DNA from: an uncultured Candidatus Saccharibacteria bacterium
Lineage (GTDB): Bacteria; Patescibacteriota; Doudnabacteria; UBA920
DNA length: 64,000 nucleotides
Assembly: GCA_964474825.1 (NCBI GenBank)
Contig: CAYYWQ010000001.1
Span: 485,609-549,608 of the forward strand
Direction of reading: 5' to 3'
Made by a program: the position numbers and the translations under genes. Position 1 is the first letter of the stretch, and every line of letters starts with the position of its first letter. The notes beneath the pieces are model-generated. The model did not search any database. It was not told where the DNA came from and saw only the letters and a program-made list of their open reading frames with translations. Positions 38,256-48,301 of the stretch are shown one piece after another.

Positions 38256-38750
38256 CTAGTGTTGGAGCGCCTTCTTAAGCGCCCGAAGCTCCACTTCCAG
38301 TTCGCTCACCGTTTGAGCATAGCTGAAAGAAGTAGTGAGCTCCTTACGGCTTTGAAAAACGAGACTTCCAGCCTTTTCCTCCCGAAACTCTCTATCGCTC
38401 GGCGGAACCTGGTCTTCAGTATAATAGACCCGGGTTGCGTATTCGGACTGTTCCCGTCCGCTACACTTTTTCATAGTCTCGAACTGCAGGAGCCGGCCAG
38501 ACCGATAAAAAATCCAGCTCGTTTCGGTCTTGCATCCCATGTCTTCCACAACCGACACGAGGATCATCTTCCCCGTTGAGTTCTCAACCATGGGGATTCC
38601 CACAGTCTGTTTCAAGTTCTCCGGCATCACCCTCATGGCGACCTGCCCGCGGCCCGCAGCGATCTGAAAAACATCCTCAAAAACATTTTCCCGGACAAAA
38701 CACCCCGCCGCTATCAAAAGCGCCGCCAACACCACAAACAATTTCTTCAT
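38256..38750 (-). CDS. GC-rich putative lipoprotein
   Basis: MKKLFVVLAALLIAAGC lipobox. Confidence 0.6.
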   Translation of the reverse strand: MKKLFVVLAALLIAAGCFVRENVFEDVFQIAAGRGQVAMRVMPENLKQTVGIPMVENSTGKMILVSVVEDMGCKTETSWIFYRSGRLLQFETMKKCSGREQSEYATRVYYTEDQVPPSDREFREEKAGSLVFQSRKELTTSFSYAQTVSELEVELRALKKALQH

Positions 38751-38952
38751 TCTGTTTTCCCCCAATTCCTTTCGTCGCCTCAGCGACGGATTTTCCTAAC
38801 TCATTTCTGCCATGCCGCCCCACAAACCTCTCATGGGCGACAAAAATATTTACAAGTGCAACATAGAAATATAACATAAAAAAGGGCCCACCGTCAATAC
38901 AACTACAAAACAAAAACGACCCTTGAGTCAAAGGTCGCTTTAAACTATAAAA

Positions 38953-40197
38953 TTATCTCCTAGGTCTATTTTGGGATTGCTTTTGCCCTTTGAGGGCGGT
39001 TAAATTAATTTTTGTTTTCATCCCATATATTGTATAGGCCGGGTTACAGGATCTCCAAAAATCCATTTTGGCCCCGTTATCAAGCCACCTACGGGCACCT
39101 AAGAGAGCTTCTTTATCCCCGTGATGAGCAGTTGCAGCAAACTGAACTAAATCACTTTCCCTGCCTTTCCAAACTTTTTCTAAAGTTAAAAATTGCCCTG
39201 TTTTTAAAGATTTTACCAGACGGGTAATATTATAAATTAAAAGTAAATAAGCAGCCTTATGATGGTCGTCCCCGCGAAGCGTGGCAACATCGTCCGGCAA
39301 CCTATCCTTTTTTAGAGCTCTATTTATTACTGAGGCACCCCTTAACTTGTCGTGTGTATCGGCCTCAGGATGATCAAAAACGGAAAATTCTGTAAATTGA
39401 TAAGGTCCAAACGAGTTACCTTTATAATTTTTGTCAAAAAGCGCGGGAATGCCTTGTAAATATTTTTTTCCGGCATTTTTTAATAGGTATTCTAAAATAT
39501 TAACATTTAGCTCGCCTTCCTTTGTTGGCATAAGTTCTGTCAATAAATAGGCACCCATGTGTTCCGACTTTACCGACAAAGAAAGATTTTTTATGAGCTT
39601 CATTCTTCTTTCTCGGGATCCGTCTTCCACTTCTGCCACATTTCTAATTTGCCCTACTCTAATCCAGTCAATACTTGATTGGACGTTACTAATTACTTTA
39701 TCAATATCCCTCAAGAGACCCATTACATTACTTCGCTCAGGACTTAGTTGAACACTTGTGTATTCCTGAATTATTTTACGACCCAACTGAACCACCCGGG
39801 GAGAATGTCCAGAACTTTTAATTTTTTCCCGCCACATAATAGCCATTTGGCGAGTAAAATCTACTTTAGCCTTGGACGACGCTTCTCCATATATGCCGGT
39901 AACCAGGCTAAGCATACCTCCAAACTTCCTTCCTTCCAAAGGTCCGGTTTGGTATTCCCTTTCGTTGCCCGTAATTTCTGGTTTTAATTCCTGGGTCTTA
40001 GGCTTTTTTTTGGTTTCTTTTACTTTCGTTTTTTTCGCGGCTTCAGCCCCTCTTTCCGAAAATAATCCCGCAAAAGCCCCAATACCAGCCTTTAACATAT
40101 CCCGCCTGGTTAAACCGGAATCAGACTCTGGAGCTTCTAAATGTTCCCCAGCCGAAAAATTTGGATCTCCTTTAAAACCTTGTTCTGTTGGTGGCAT
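38953..40197 (-). CDS. Twin-arginine-motif protein with possible lysozyme-like domain
   Basis: TRRDMLK..AEA; TELMP..SFGPYQF; start MPPTEQ follows a TATATT -10. Confidence 0.6.
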   Translation of the reverse strand: MPPTEQGFKGDPNFSAGEHLEAPESDSGLTRRDMLKAGIGAFAGLFSERGAEAAKKTKVKETKKKPKTQELKPEITGNEREYQTGPLEGRKFGGMLSLVTGIYGEASSKAKVDFTRQMAIMWREKIKSSGHSPRVVQLGRKIIQEYTSVQLSPERSNVMGLLRDIDKVISNVQSSIDWIRVGQIRNVAEVEDGSRERRMKLIKNLSLSVKSEHMGAYLLTELMPTKEGELNVNILEYLLKNAGKKYLQGIPALFDKNYKGNSFGPYQFTEFSVFDHPEADTHDKLRGASVINRALKKDRLPDDVATLRGDDHHKAAYLLLIYNITRLVKSLKTGQFLTLEKVWKGRESDLVQFAATAHHGDKEALLGARRWLDNGAKMDFWRSCNPAYTIYGMKTKINLTALKGQKQSQNRPRR

Positions 40198-40960
40198 AAG
40201 TTTTCTTTTCAATATAATACCATAATTCTTGCTCATATAAAACAAAAAACAACCCGCGAGTACTGCTGCGGGTTGTTTTCTTAGATGGTGCCGACTGTTG
40301 TTTTTTGGGCGGCGCGGCCTTCTTCTCACTGGGGGTCGTCTGCCGCAACACGATTACGTGAAAAACCGGCTGTTTGCGTTCGAGCGCCACAGCAATTTCT
40401 CCACGCTCCTTGGCGTCGCGCAGATAGTTCCCAACCCTAACCCGCTCGGAAACCGAGAGGTTGTTGTAAAGAATGTCAACAGCCGCTCCGCGAAGATGGG
40501 GCGAAACCGTGGGCCCAGAAATGGCACCCGCGTTGCCGTTGCGGCCGGCGATCTTCCGCTGATCCTCAATACTTCGAGCGGCCGAGCTTATGGTCAGCTC
40601 AACCTTCAAAGCATCCAAAGACCGCAAAAAGCGATTTGTGCCGGGAGCTACGTAGCGCCGGGACGAATCCAGCCGCGGATCAATCTTGACAAATCGACTC
40701 GTGTAAATACCTACGAGTTTTTTTGCCTCGATCATGCGACTGAAGTCCGCGCGATTGCGGATAATAGACAACCCGTGTTTGGCAAGGAGCTGGTTCGCCC
40801 TCACAATATCGCTCTTGTGTCCGTGCAACTCCCTTTGGAGTTCCGACCAAGACAGCGGCTTTTTTGCTGACGGTTTCCGCACAGGCACGCGCCAGGCGGC
40901 TGCGGCGCTAAATGTCGGCGCCGACAAAAAAGACAACAATACAATCATCAAAAACTTCAT
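40172..40960 (-). CDS. DUF5715-like / peptidase M15-like secreted protein (GC-rich)
   Basis: AGGAGG RBS; signal peptide; SAARS..Q..GNAG..SPHLRGAAVD..FH; C-terminus runs through a terminator. Confidence 0.7.
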   Translation of the reverse strand: MKFLMIVLLSFLSAPTFSAAAAWRVPVRKPSAKKPLSWSELQRELHGHKSDIVRANQLLAKHGLSIIRNRADFSRMIEAKKLVGIYTSRFVKIDPRLDSSRRYVAPGTNRFLRSLDALKVELTISSAARSIEDQRKIAGRNGNAGAISGPTVSPHLRGAAVDILYNNLSVSERVRVGNYLRDAKERGEIAVALERKQPVFHVIVLRQTTPSEKKAAPPKKQQSAPSKKTTRSSTRGLFFVLYEQELWYYIEKKTYATNRTRF

Positions 40961-41167
40961 GGCACCTCCTGCCAGATTTTAAAATAACTGTTAAGGATAC
41001 ACTAATCCACATAAAAACTTCCGCAACAGTTAAAGATTACGAAAATTCATAAGCTTTAACTTACGCAAAAGAACGACAATTGCAACTTAAAATTATACAT
41101 AAGTTTAACTCTTTTGTCAATATAAACAAAAAAACGACCCGGAATTCCGGGCCGTTTTATAAATATA

Positions 41168-41689
41168 TTATTTAACTCTTGGGTCGTTATGCGTCATTAT
41201 TGAAAGTACGGTTAAGTGAAAATCTGCTTCAGTTATGGTCTGTATGAATTCCGCCCTACCGCCGTTATTTAAGAAAATTTCCCAGGTTGGTACCGGAATT
41301 AAACCGCTTTCGTGGACATATAACACGGTCCCATTGTAGAGTACCCAAGAGCCTGCAGAATGTCCTGTGGTAGCGCCTAAAACATTGGAAACTATATTCG
41401 CGGTAATGGACAAACAATTTATACCTTGAGGTTCAGTGCAAACTAAAATTGGATTCACGCCCACGGTTTTCCCTAAGGCAACTAAACTGGAATTAGACAC
41501 CACGCTTGTCCCAGCAAGCGAATCATTATTGGCAACAACGTACCAGGAACCTGTTGGGCTAGTATTTAAACCAACCGACAAAGTTCGGCCAACACCAATA
41601 TCCTCATTTAAAGTACCATAGCTATTAGCGGCGTAAGCGAACGGAGAAATTAACAATCCGCCCACAACTAAAACAAAAATTTTCTTCAT
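41168..41689 (-). CDS. Secreted hypothetical protein
   Basis: Signal peptide ending AYA. Confidence 0.65.
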   Translation of the reverse strand: MKKIFVLVVGGLLISPFAYAANSYGTLNEDIGVGRTLSVGLNTSPTGSWYVVANNDSLAGTSVVSNSSLVALGKTVGVNPILVCTEPQGINCLSITANIVSNVLGATTGHSAGSWVLYNGTVLYVHESGLIPVPTWEIFLNNGGRAEFIQTITEADFHLTVLSIMTHNDPRVK

Positions 41690-41782
41690 AGTTATTGTAG
41701 TTAATATAACTGGTTACAATAACCTATTTTAACCCAAATGTCAATATCCAACCTGTCTTTCGCTTTTACTCTTAAGGGAAAA

Positions 41783-42955
41783 TCACACAATTACTCCCCC
41801 GCCCACACATGTTTTACCCTTATACAGTACCAAACTCTGCCCGCTGGCAACTGCTTTTTGCGGATGCTTGAAGACTACATTATAAAGATCATTTTTTACC
41901 TCACTGATACTAAGTTGTACTAACTGTCCCTGATGCCTGTATCTGCCTTGTAGGCTGATCGGCTGATTAGCTGATCGGCTGATTAGCTGGCTAATCCAAT
42001 TCATGGAATGCAATTGAACTTCCTTTACCTCCAGCGCTTTATCTTTCGGATTATTTGTTACAAACAAAGTATTGCTTTTTAAATCCTTACGTGTAACATA
42101 ATACGGGCCGCCCTGGCCGCCCACGGCAATCCCCTGCCTTTGACCAATTGTAAAATTGTGAAGGCCCTGGTGTTTGCCAACCATTTTCCCATCCTGGTTT
42201 ATAATATTGCCTTTTTTAGTCCTCAGCTTCTGCTTTAAAAAATCCGCCAAACGAATTCTCCCCACAAAACACAAGCCCATACTCTCTCTTTTTTCCGCGT
42301 TAGGCAAACCAAGTTTCCTGGCAAGTGACCTAACGGCAGTTTTTTTCATTCCGCCAATAGGAAACATAACGTGCGGCAACTGCTCAATTTTTATATTATA
42401 AATAAAATAAGTCTGGTCCTTAAATTCGTCTGCACTTCGTTCTAGTAGGTAGGTTGTAGGGGGTAGGATGTAGCCTGATGTCTTGCTACTAGCTACTTTC
42501 CTACTGACTACCTGCTTGCTCCTCGCATAGTGGCCGGTGGCCAAATAATCAAACCCATTCTTTATGGCCCAATTATAGAGCAGTTTAAATTTAATCTCCT
42601 TGTTACACATAACGTCCGGGTTTGGCGTGCGGCCGGCGGCATATTCTTTAAAAAAATAATTTAAAACATTTTTTTCATATTGCTTTTCAAAATCTAAAGT
42701 ATGCATAGGAATACGCAAAAACGCGGCCACACGCAAAGCGTCTTGCCTGTCTTGCAGCCACGGGCATTCGTCGTATTTTAATCCTTTGGTAGAAGACCAG
42801 TTCTTCATAAAAGCCGCCTCAACCTCATAGCCTTGCTTTATGAGCAGATACGCTGAAACAGCGCTGTCTATGCCGCCCGACAACGCTACTAAGACTTTTT
42901 TTCCGCCCAAAACATTTTTACGATTGGAGGAATTTTTTGCAGGGTATTTTGCCAT
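41783..42955 (-). CDS. mnmA: tRNA-specific 2-thiouridylase
   Basis: SGGIDS; TPNPDVMCN; ATGHYA; KDQTYF; ESMGLCF; TIGQR; carries two repeat-derived segments. Confidence 0.96.
   Translation of the reverse strand: MAKYPAKNSSNRKNVLGGKKVLVALSGGIDSAVSAYLLIKQGYEVEAAFMKNWSSTKGLKYDECPWLQDRQDALRVAAFLRIPMHTLDFEKQYEKNVLNYFFKEYAAGRTPNPDVMCNKEIKFKLLYNWAIKNGFDYLATGHYARSKQVVSRKVASSKTSGYILPPTTYLLERSADEFKDQTYFIYNIKIEQLPHVMFPIGGMKKTAVRSLARKLGLPNAEKRESMGLCFVGRIRLADFLKQKLRTKKGNIINQDGKMVGKHQGLHNFTIGQRQGIAVGGQGGPYYVTRKDLKSNTLFVTNNPKDKALEVKEVQLHSMNWISQLISRSANQPISLQGRYRHQGQLVQLSISEVKNDLYNVVFKHPQKAVASGQSLVLYKGKTCVGGGVIV
41953..41992. repeat. 5x8-nt tandem tract inside mnmA
   Basis: GGCTGATC GGCTGATT AGCTGATC GGCTGATT AGCTGGCT. 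Confidence 0.85.
42443..42517. repeat. In-frame copy of the 7-nt inverted-arm element inside mnmA
   Basis: TAGTAGG TAGGTTG TAGGGGG TAGGATG TAGCCTG-ATGT-CTTGCTA CTAGCTA CTTTCCTA CTGACTA CCTGCTT (75 bp). Confidence 0.85.
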
Positions 42956-42994
42956 CCTGCAGATTATATCAAAAAATGCTAAAAAAATCTATGG

Positions 42995-43774
42995 CTACAG
43001 GTGTGCCTTAACCAACTTTAATAATTCGTTATGAATTAAACCATTGGAAATAACACAACCCTTAACCTCTCTGTCATAACGTTGTTCTTTGCCGAACATA
43101 TCCGTAACTTTACCGCCAGCCTCTTCCACAATAACTTTTATTGCCGCTACATCATGGGTTGTGGTATGGCCAAAGGTTATTCCTTCCATTTCCCCCGCGG
43201 CAAGCAACATGGCGTTATAGACTATGGAATTAATTCCATAATGCTGTGCCTTTTTATTAAAAATAATATCGTCAATAAAACCCATCATTGGGTATTTCAT
43301 TTTTGACCATACACAATGGCTAATAAATGCCCCTTGTAATTTACTGGCGCGCGAGACCTGGATTTTTTTGTTGTTCAAAAAAGCACCCTTGCCTTTTTCG
43401 GCAAAAAACATTCTATTTAAAAAGGGATCGTAAGCAACCCCCAAAACAGGCACACCATTTTCCACCAAAGCCAGAGAAAACATGCAGGTGGGCATACCAT
43501 GAGAAAACGGAATAGTTCCGTCTACCGGGTCGCAAACCCAAACATATTTACCATGGTTTTTTAAATGGCTTTCTTCTTCGCCCAAAACATCGTGACCAGG
43601 ATAATATTTTTTTACGGAACTGACCACTAACTTATTTATGGCCAAATCTGTTTTAGTTACCGGGGAGCCGTCGCTTTTAATCTTCCTTTGCATACCCAAA
43701 ACAAAATTCGCCAGCATTATTTTCCCGGCCTTTTTTGCCAAGTCTATTGCAAAAGATTTATATGTTAATGGCAT
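42995..43774 (-). CDS. Inositol monophosphatase family protein
   Basis: GEE; WVCDPVDGT; DVAA..IVEEAGG. Confidence 0.9.
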   Translation of the reverse strand: MPLTYKSFAIDLAKKAGKIMLANFVLGMQRKIKSDGSPVTKTDLAINKLVVSSVKKYYPGHDVLGEEESHLKNHGKYVWVCDPVDGTIPFSHGMPTCMFSLALVENGVPVLGVAYDPFLNRMFFAEKGKGAFLNNKKIQVSRASKLQGAFISHCVWSKMKYPMMGFIDDIIFNKKAQHYGINSIVYNAMLLAAGEMEGITFGHTTTHDVAAIKVIVEEAGGKVTDMFGKEQRYDREVKGCVISNGLIHNELLKLVKAHL

Positions 43775-43859
43775 TCTTTAAATTAAATATTGAAGTATAA
43801 AAGAAAATATGATACCTTATGATAAAGTAGTTACTTTCTGGGAAAGGAGGAAACCTGGG

Positions 43860-44006
43860 ATGAAGACCTTAACGATACTGGGCTCGCTTATTAGAGCCAC
43901 CGTTATTGCCGGATTCGTCGTTGGTGGCTTGTATGCATTTGCCACCCTTGGAGAACACGGCCCCACATTCACCACCGAACAGGTATCCCAATTCTACCGC
44001 AAGTAG
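43860..44006 (+). CDS. Small GC-rich single-TM protein
   Basis: AAGGAGG RBS; 48 aa. Confidence 0.55.
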   Translation: MKTLTILGSLIRATVIAGFVVGGLYAFATLGEHGPTFTTEQVSQFYRK

Positions 44007-44162
44007 AAAAGGCGTTTCGCCCCAGCCCGTTAACCACTTCTGTGGCATAAATTATCGGCCTGGCGGCATTACCAACAAACACTCACTCAGGGGGCGGCAT
44101 CGTTCGATCGAGATGCTGCCCTCCACCACCTAAAGCCCCTAGAGGGCTCTTTTAATTTTAAG

Positions 44163-44843
44163 CTATTTATTCCTAAAAGGTTCGGCTTGTTTAAGAAGCC
44201 CGGCCATGTCGGAATTTTGAAGCGGGTGGCCGTTAAAAAAGTAAGTGGGTGTTCCCTGCAAATTTAAGCCATAAGCTTCGTCTGTATTTTTTTGCACTTT
44301 TTCCAAATTCTTTTTTTCGGTTACATCTGTTTTAAATTTGGCAATATCTGCCACTCCAATTTGCTGGGCATATTGAGCAAAAACTTCCAGCGGGGCAGCA
44401 AGTCCTTCCCAGTCAGCTTGATTTGCAAAAAGTATGTCGTGCATTTCCCAATACTTCCCCTGCTCACCTGCCGCTTCGGCTGCAACGGCGGATTCCACAG
44501 AATTTTGGTGAATTTGGGTTAAAGGAAAATATCGGTAAACAAAAACTGTATCCATAAATTGGCTCGGCACCTGCTTTAGCATTTCGCTGGCCGCGGCGCA
44601 GGCCGGGCACTGGTAGTCGGAGTATTCAATAAAAACATTTTTGGACTTTGGGTCGCCCTGAAAACGGTCTGTCTCCGGGTCAAACGCCGGGACTTCTGAA
44701 ATTGTTTTGGCTCCGGTTGTGTTTATGTTCGCGTTGTAAGTAGAATTTACTCCGGTTTCCGTGTTAGGGGAAATTTTATACAAATAAAAACCAAAACCTA
44801 GGGCAAGAAGTATTACTATAACGACTGTAATAATTTTTTGCAT
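44163..44843 (-). CDS. DsbA-family thioredoxin-fold protein
   Basis: EYSDYQCPAC; GTPT; N-terminal TM. Confidence 0.9.
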   Translation of the reverse strand: MQKIITVVIVILLALGFGFYLYKISPNTETGVNSTYNANINTTGAKTISEVPAFDPETDRFQGDPKSKNVFIEYSDYQCPACAAASEMLKQVPSQFMDTVFVYRYFPLTQIHQNSVESAVAAEAAGEQGKYWEMHDILFANQADWEGLAAPLEVFAQYAQQIGVADIAKFKTDVTEKKNLEKVQKNTDEAYGLNLQGTPTYFFNGHPLQNSDMAGLLKQAEPFRNK

Positions 44844-44865
44844 TTTAAAATATTAATTGTAAATT

Positions 44866-45804
44866 TTAACGGTTACTCATATTCGGTCCCGTGCTAGTAC
44901 CAAGAACAAACACTCCCGAATTTAGCCAAGCCAAAGCCCTTGCCTGCTCTGCTAAGTCTGCCAGTTTCTTTGTTTCAGCAAAAGCGGTGTACAAATGCTG
45001 CTCGCCCAACACCACAACAGCCAGTTGCCTGCCGTGATAATTAAACAAGGCTGCGAAGTTATACCCTGACTCGTTTAAATATCCGGTTTTGGCTCCAACA
45101 ATTTCCAATTCTCCATTCCCTAAAAGCTTGTCGGTATTTTTTATAGTTTGATTATATCGTGAATTATTACTCGAGCGCAAAGTGTAAGATTGCAGTCCTG
45201 CAATTTTTGACAAATACGTGTTACTAAAAGTAGCCCTAACAATACCGGCATAGTCCCTGGCCGTAATTCTGTTAGCAGGCTCCATTCCGGTTGGTTCCAT
45301 AAAATAACTGGTTTTGGCTCCCAGCTCCGCTGCTTTCTCGTTCATTTTAGCGGCAAATTCCTCAGCCGAAAGCCCGGTGCTGCGCGCCAAGGCTGCGGTG
45401 GCGTTATTTGCAGAAGGTATTAAAGCTGCGTGGAATAAACCGTCAACAGTAAATTTAACTCCAGACTGACTCCTAATACAAGCGCCGCCCACATTGCAAC
45501 CACCAACGACCTGATCTCCGGAAGTCATAGTAACAATTTTAGATAATTTTGGCTTAGTGTCCAGCACGACCAAAGCAGTAACCAGCTTTGTTAAAGAAGC
45601 CGGCGTCCAAGGCTGATCAGCGTTTTTTTCAAGCAAGATTTGCCCGGTCTCTACATCTTGCACAATATATGCTTGAGCGCTCAAGCCCGACATAGCAGCT
45701 AAATCATTTCCGCTAATAGGTAACTGCAAAGCAAAAACCCCGCTTGGCAAAAGCAATACGGAAACAATAACACTCGCTGATAATATTTTATGTATTAATC
45801 TCAA
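44866..45804 (-). CDS. D-alanyl-D-alanine carboxypeptidase/endopeptidase (peptidase S11)
   Basis: ASLTK (SxxK); SAN (SxN); KTG. Confidence 0.9.
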   Translation of the reverse strand: MRLIHKILSASVIVSVLLLPSGVFALQLPISGNDLAAMSGLSAQAYIVQDVETGQILLEKNADQPWTPASLTKLVTALVVLDTKPKLSKIVTMTSGDQVVGGCNVGGACIRSQSGVKFTVDGLFHAALIPSANNATAALARSTGLSAEEFAAKMNEKAAELGAKTSYFMEPTGMEPANRITARDYAGIVRATFSNTYLSKIAGLQSYTLRSSNNSRYNQTIKNTDKLLGNGELEIVGAKTGYLNESGYNFAALFNYHGRQLAVVVLGEQHLYTAFAETKKLADLAEQARALAWLNSGVFVLGTSTGPNMSNR

Positions 45805-45839
45805 TCTTTTAATCTTTCTATTTTTAAATTTTCAATCTT

Positions 45840-46121
45840 TTACTGCTGCATCATGTGCCCAAATTTGCTTTGAAGCATTTTTTTATGCTGTTTAAACATA
45901 TCTTCCAACGCGCTACGAATATGGCGGGCAACTTCGCTCTTGTCTCCGGCTATGTCTGGAGCCACTTCCACGCTTTTTACGTTTTGGTTCCCGTCTATAA
46001 TAATTTTAATTTTTCCGCCGGAAGAAGACCCGGTAACGGTTTCCTGCGCCATAAGCAGTTCCATTTGCTTGGCCTGCTTGCGCATTTCATTAATATCCTT
46101 AAGTTTATCGAAAATTCCCAT
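45840..46121 (-). CDS. YbaB/EbfC nucleoid-associated protein
   Basis: KQAKQME..GSSSGGKIKIIIDGNQ. Confidence 0.8.
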   Translation of the reverse strand: MGIFDKLKDINEMRKQAKQMELLMAQETVTGSSSGGKIKIIIDGNQNVKSVEVAPDIAGDKSEVARHIRSALEDMFKQHKKMLQSKFGHMMQQ

Positions 46122-46181
46122 ATATTGTTTCTAACAAATTAATTTTATACAATTTATTATAACAAAAAGCCCTTAATAAAT

Positions 46182-46850
46182 CTATACCAAAAAGGTTTCG
46201 GTTTTAATAGATTCAGAATCATGCTGTTTTTCAGCCAAAATTCCATTTATGCTTTCTACTGCATCCTGGCTCCCGCAAATATAAAAAACACTGTTTTGTG
46301 ACTTTTGGTAATTTATATCCAAATAAGGCCTAAGATTTATGGATGGATTTAAAATCTCAATGATTTTAAAATTTTTATGTTTTTTCCCTAATTTTTCCCA
46401 TAGCATTTTGTGTAAAAAATCCTCGGGATTTTTATGGCCATATATCAACTCTATTTGTCCGGAAAAGTTTTTATTTAACAAATCCGGGATAATGGAAACA
46501 AAGGGAGCTATGCCAATACCGGCGGCTACCATGCATAAATTTTTTGTCCGCTCAGTTACAAAAAAATTCCCTTCCGGACCCGTTGCAATAAATTGGTCAC
46601 CAATTTTTAAAGCCTTAACAAAATTAGAACCTCTGCCGCCCGGCTCCAGCTTTACCAAAAACGCCAGATGATCTTTTTCTTTGGGTAATGAAGTAATGGA
46701 ATAAGCTTTGTAAGCCCCGCCAATATAAAAAAACATAAACTGTCCGGCACGAAAATTTATGCTTTTAGGTTTTACAAGCTTTGCCTCAAGTTCAATAACA
46801 TTTGGCGCTGCGATTTTTTTTGTAATAACTTTTAAAACATGTTCCTTCAT
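46182..46850 (-). CDS. FAD/NAD(P)-binding oxidoreductase (ferredoxin reductase-like)
   Basis: FRAGQF; AYSI; GPEG; AAGIGIAP; YICG. Confidence 0.85.
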   Translation of the reverse strand: MKEHVLKVITKKIAAPNVIELEAKLVKPKSINFRAGQFMFFYIGGAYKAYSITSLPKEKDHLAFLVKLEPGGRGSNFVKALKIGDQFIATGPEGNFFVTERTKNLCMVAAGIGIAPFVSIIPDLLNKNFSGQIELIYGHKNPEDFLHKMLWEKLGKKHKNFKIIEILNPSINLRPYLDINYQKSQNSVFYICGSQDAVESINGILAEKQHDSESIKTETFLV

Positions 46851-46857
46851 AAAACCT

Positions 46858-47727
46858 TCAACCGACGCAGGCGTTAAAGGCCTGCACTTGGGCATTGTAT
46901 TCCGAGGTGGCCTGTTTCAACTGGTCCACTTTGTTGTTATAAATTTTAACCAAAGCATTGTACTCGCCCACTTTTTGGTTATAACTATTAGACTCCTCCT
47001 GCGTGGTTGGCTGGGGACTGCCGTCAATTTCACTTTTAAGTTTTTCCAACTGCGGCGAAATGCCGTCTATGTCGCCTTTTAAAGAATTAATCTTAGCTTT
47101 TAGCGCCGGGTCAACAAAAGGACAGGCTGACACCGGTTTGCCAAACTCCTGGACTGCCAACCAGGTCTTACGGCCTTCAAAAACGCCCTGCCCCACCGCC
47201 ACGCCAATTTCCGAATATTTAACACCCAAAATATTGGCCCTGTGGCCCGGACTGTTCATCCATGCTTCTACTAACGCAGCGTCGTCTTTAAAGTTGCCTA
47301 AAGCCAAATTTTCGCCAATAACCACATACTCATAACCGGCGGCTGTAGCCACAGCAGAAGGCCCTTTGCCGTCCGGCGAAACATGCTCAAAATACTGCAA
47401 GTTAAACATGTCGTTAAGTTTCGCGCGCGCGGCTTGGTCTAATTTTTGGTTCTCCACAAGCGCCGGCAGTCCGCCATTTTCACCTCTGGCCTTGTTTGTA
47501 AAATCTATTACCCCTACTCTTGTTAAATAAGCCTGCGGGCTGTCCTGGTCGCCGCGCAGAGCGCCACCGTTAAAAACCTGCTGCTTTAAATCCTGAATGG
47601 TTTGATTATTGGAAATAAGTTGGCCGAGCTTAGGATTTTTAGCAAACCAAGATTTTACATTTGGCCCATAGACCGAAGTAAAAGCGGCTAAGACAATAAT
47701 TACAAGAATGATGTAATACTTTCTCAT
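46858..47727 (-). CDS. CAP/SCP domain protein with C-terminal coiled coil
   Basis: YFEH; IGENLA; WMNSPGHRANIL. Confidence 0.88.
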   Translation of the reverse strand: MRKYYIILVIIVLAAFTSVYGPNVKSWFAKNPKLGQLISNNQTIQDLKQQVFNGGALRGDQDSPQAYLTRVGVIDFTNKARGENGGLPALVENQKLDQAARAKLNDMFNLQYFEHVSPDGKGPSAVATAAGYEYVVIGENLALGNFKDDAALVEAWMNSPGHRANILGVKYSEIGVAVGQGVFEGRKTWLAVQEFGKPVSACPFVDPALKAKINSLKGDIDGISPQLEKLKSEIDGSPQPTTQEESNSYNQKVGEYNALVKIYNNKVDQLKQATSEYNAQVQAFNACVG

Positions 47728-47731
47728 AAAA

Positions 47732-48301
47732 TCAGAATCCCAAATCTTTAGATATTGGTTTTAGGGCCTCTATTACAAACGCAATATGTTCGTCTTCGGG
47801 AATTCCTAGCTCATTAATTCCCATTTGAATGTCTTCCCTGCTGACCTTGGCGGCGAAACTTTTGTCTTTCAATTTTTTCTTTACCGATTTTACTTCCAAA
47901 GACATTAATTTGTCGGGGCGCATATAAGCGCAGGCAACTACAAAACCGCATAACTCGTCACAGGCAAACAGGCATTTTGCCATTTGTGTTGTACGAGGCA
48001 CTCCACTATACAAGGCATGGCCTAAAATTGCCTGGATAATTTCGTCCGGATAATTTAAAGACTGCAAGTGCCTTACTCCTTCAAAAGGATGCCCGGTTTT
48101 TTTCTCCGGGTCAGGGACAGGAAATTTTTCATAATCAAAATCGTGGAGCAGTCCGGTAATCCCCCACATTTCTTCGTCACCATTATACTTTTTGGCATAA
48201 GCCCGCATAGCCGCTTCCGCACTAAGCATGTGCTTGCGCAAACTTTCGGACTCTACCCATTGACACATTAATTTGTAAGCTTGGTCTCTGGTAATATTCA
48301 T
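47732..48301 (-). CDS. HDIG/HD-domain phosphohydrolase
   Basis: LRKH; GLLHDFDYE; ACDEL. Confidence 0.85.
   Translation of the reverse strand: MNITRDQAYKLMCQWVESESLRKHMLSAEAAMRAYAKKYNGDEEMWGITGLLHDFDYEKFPVPDPEKKTGHPFEGVRHLQSLNYPDEIIQAILGHALYSGVPRTTQMAKCLFACDELCGFVVACAYMRPDKLMSLEVKSVKKKLKDKSFAAKVSREDIQMGINELGIPEDEHIAFVIEALKPISKDLGF

Noticed and set aside
40172-40329. Genuine long overlap of two genes
   Set aside because: The upstream ORF tail reads through a terminator and promoter, and the downstream gene more plausibly starts at 40197; a lost stop or sequence error is more likely.
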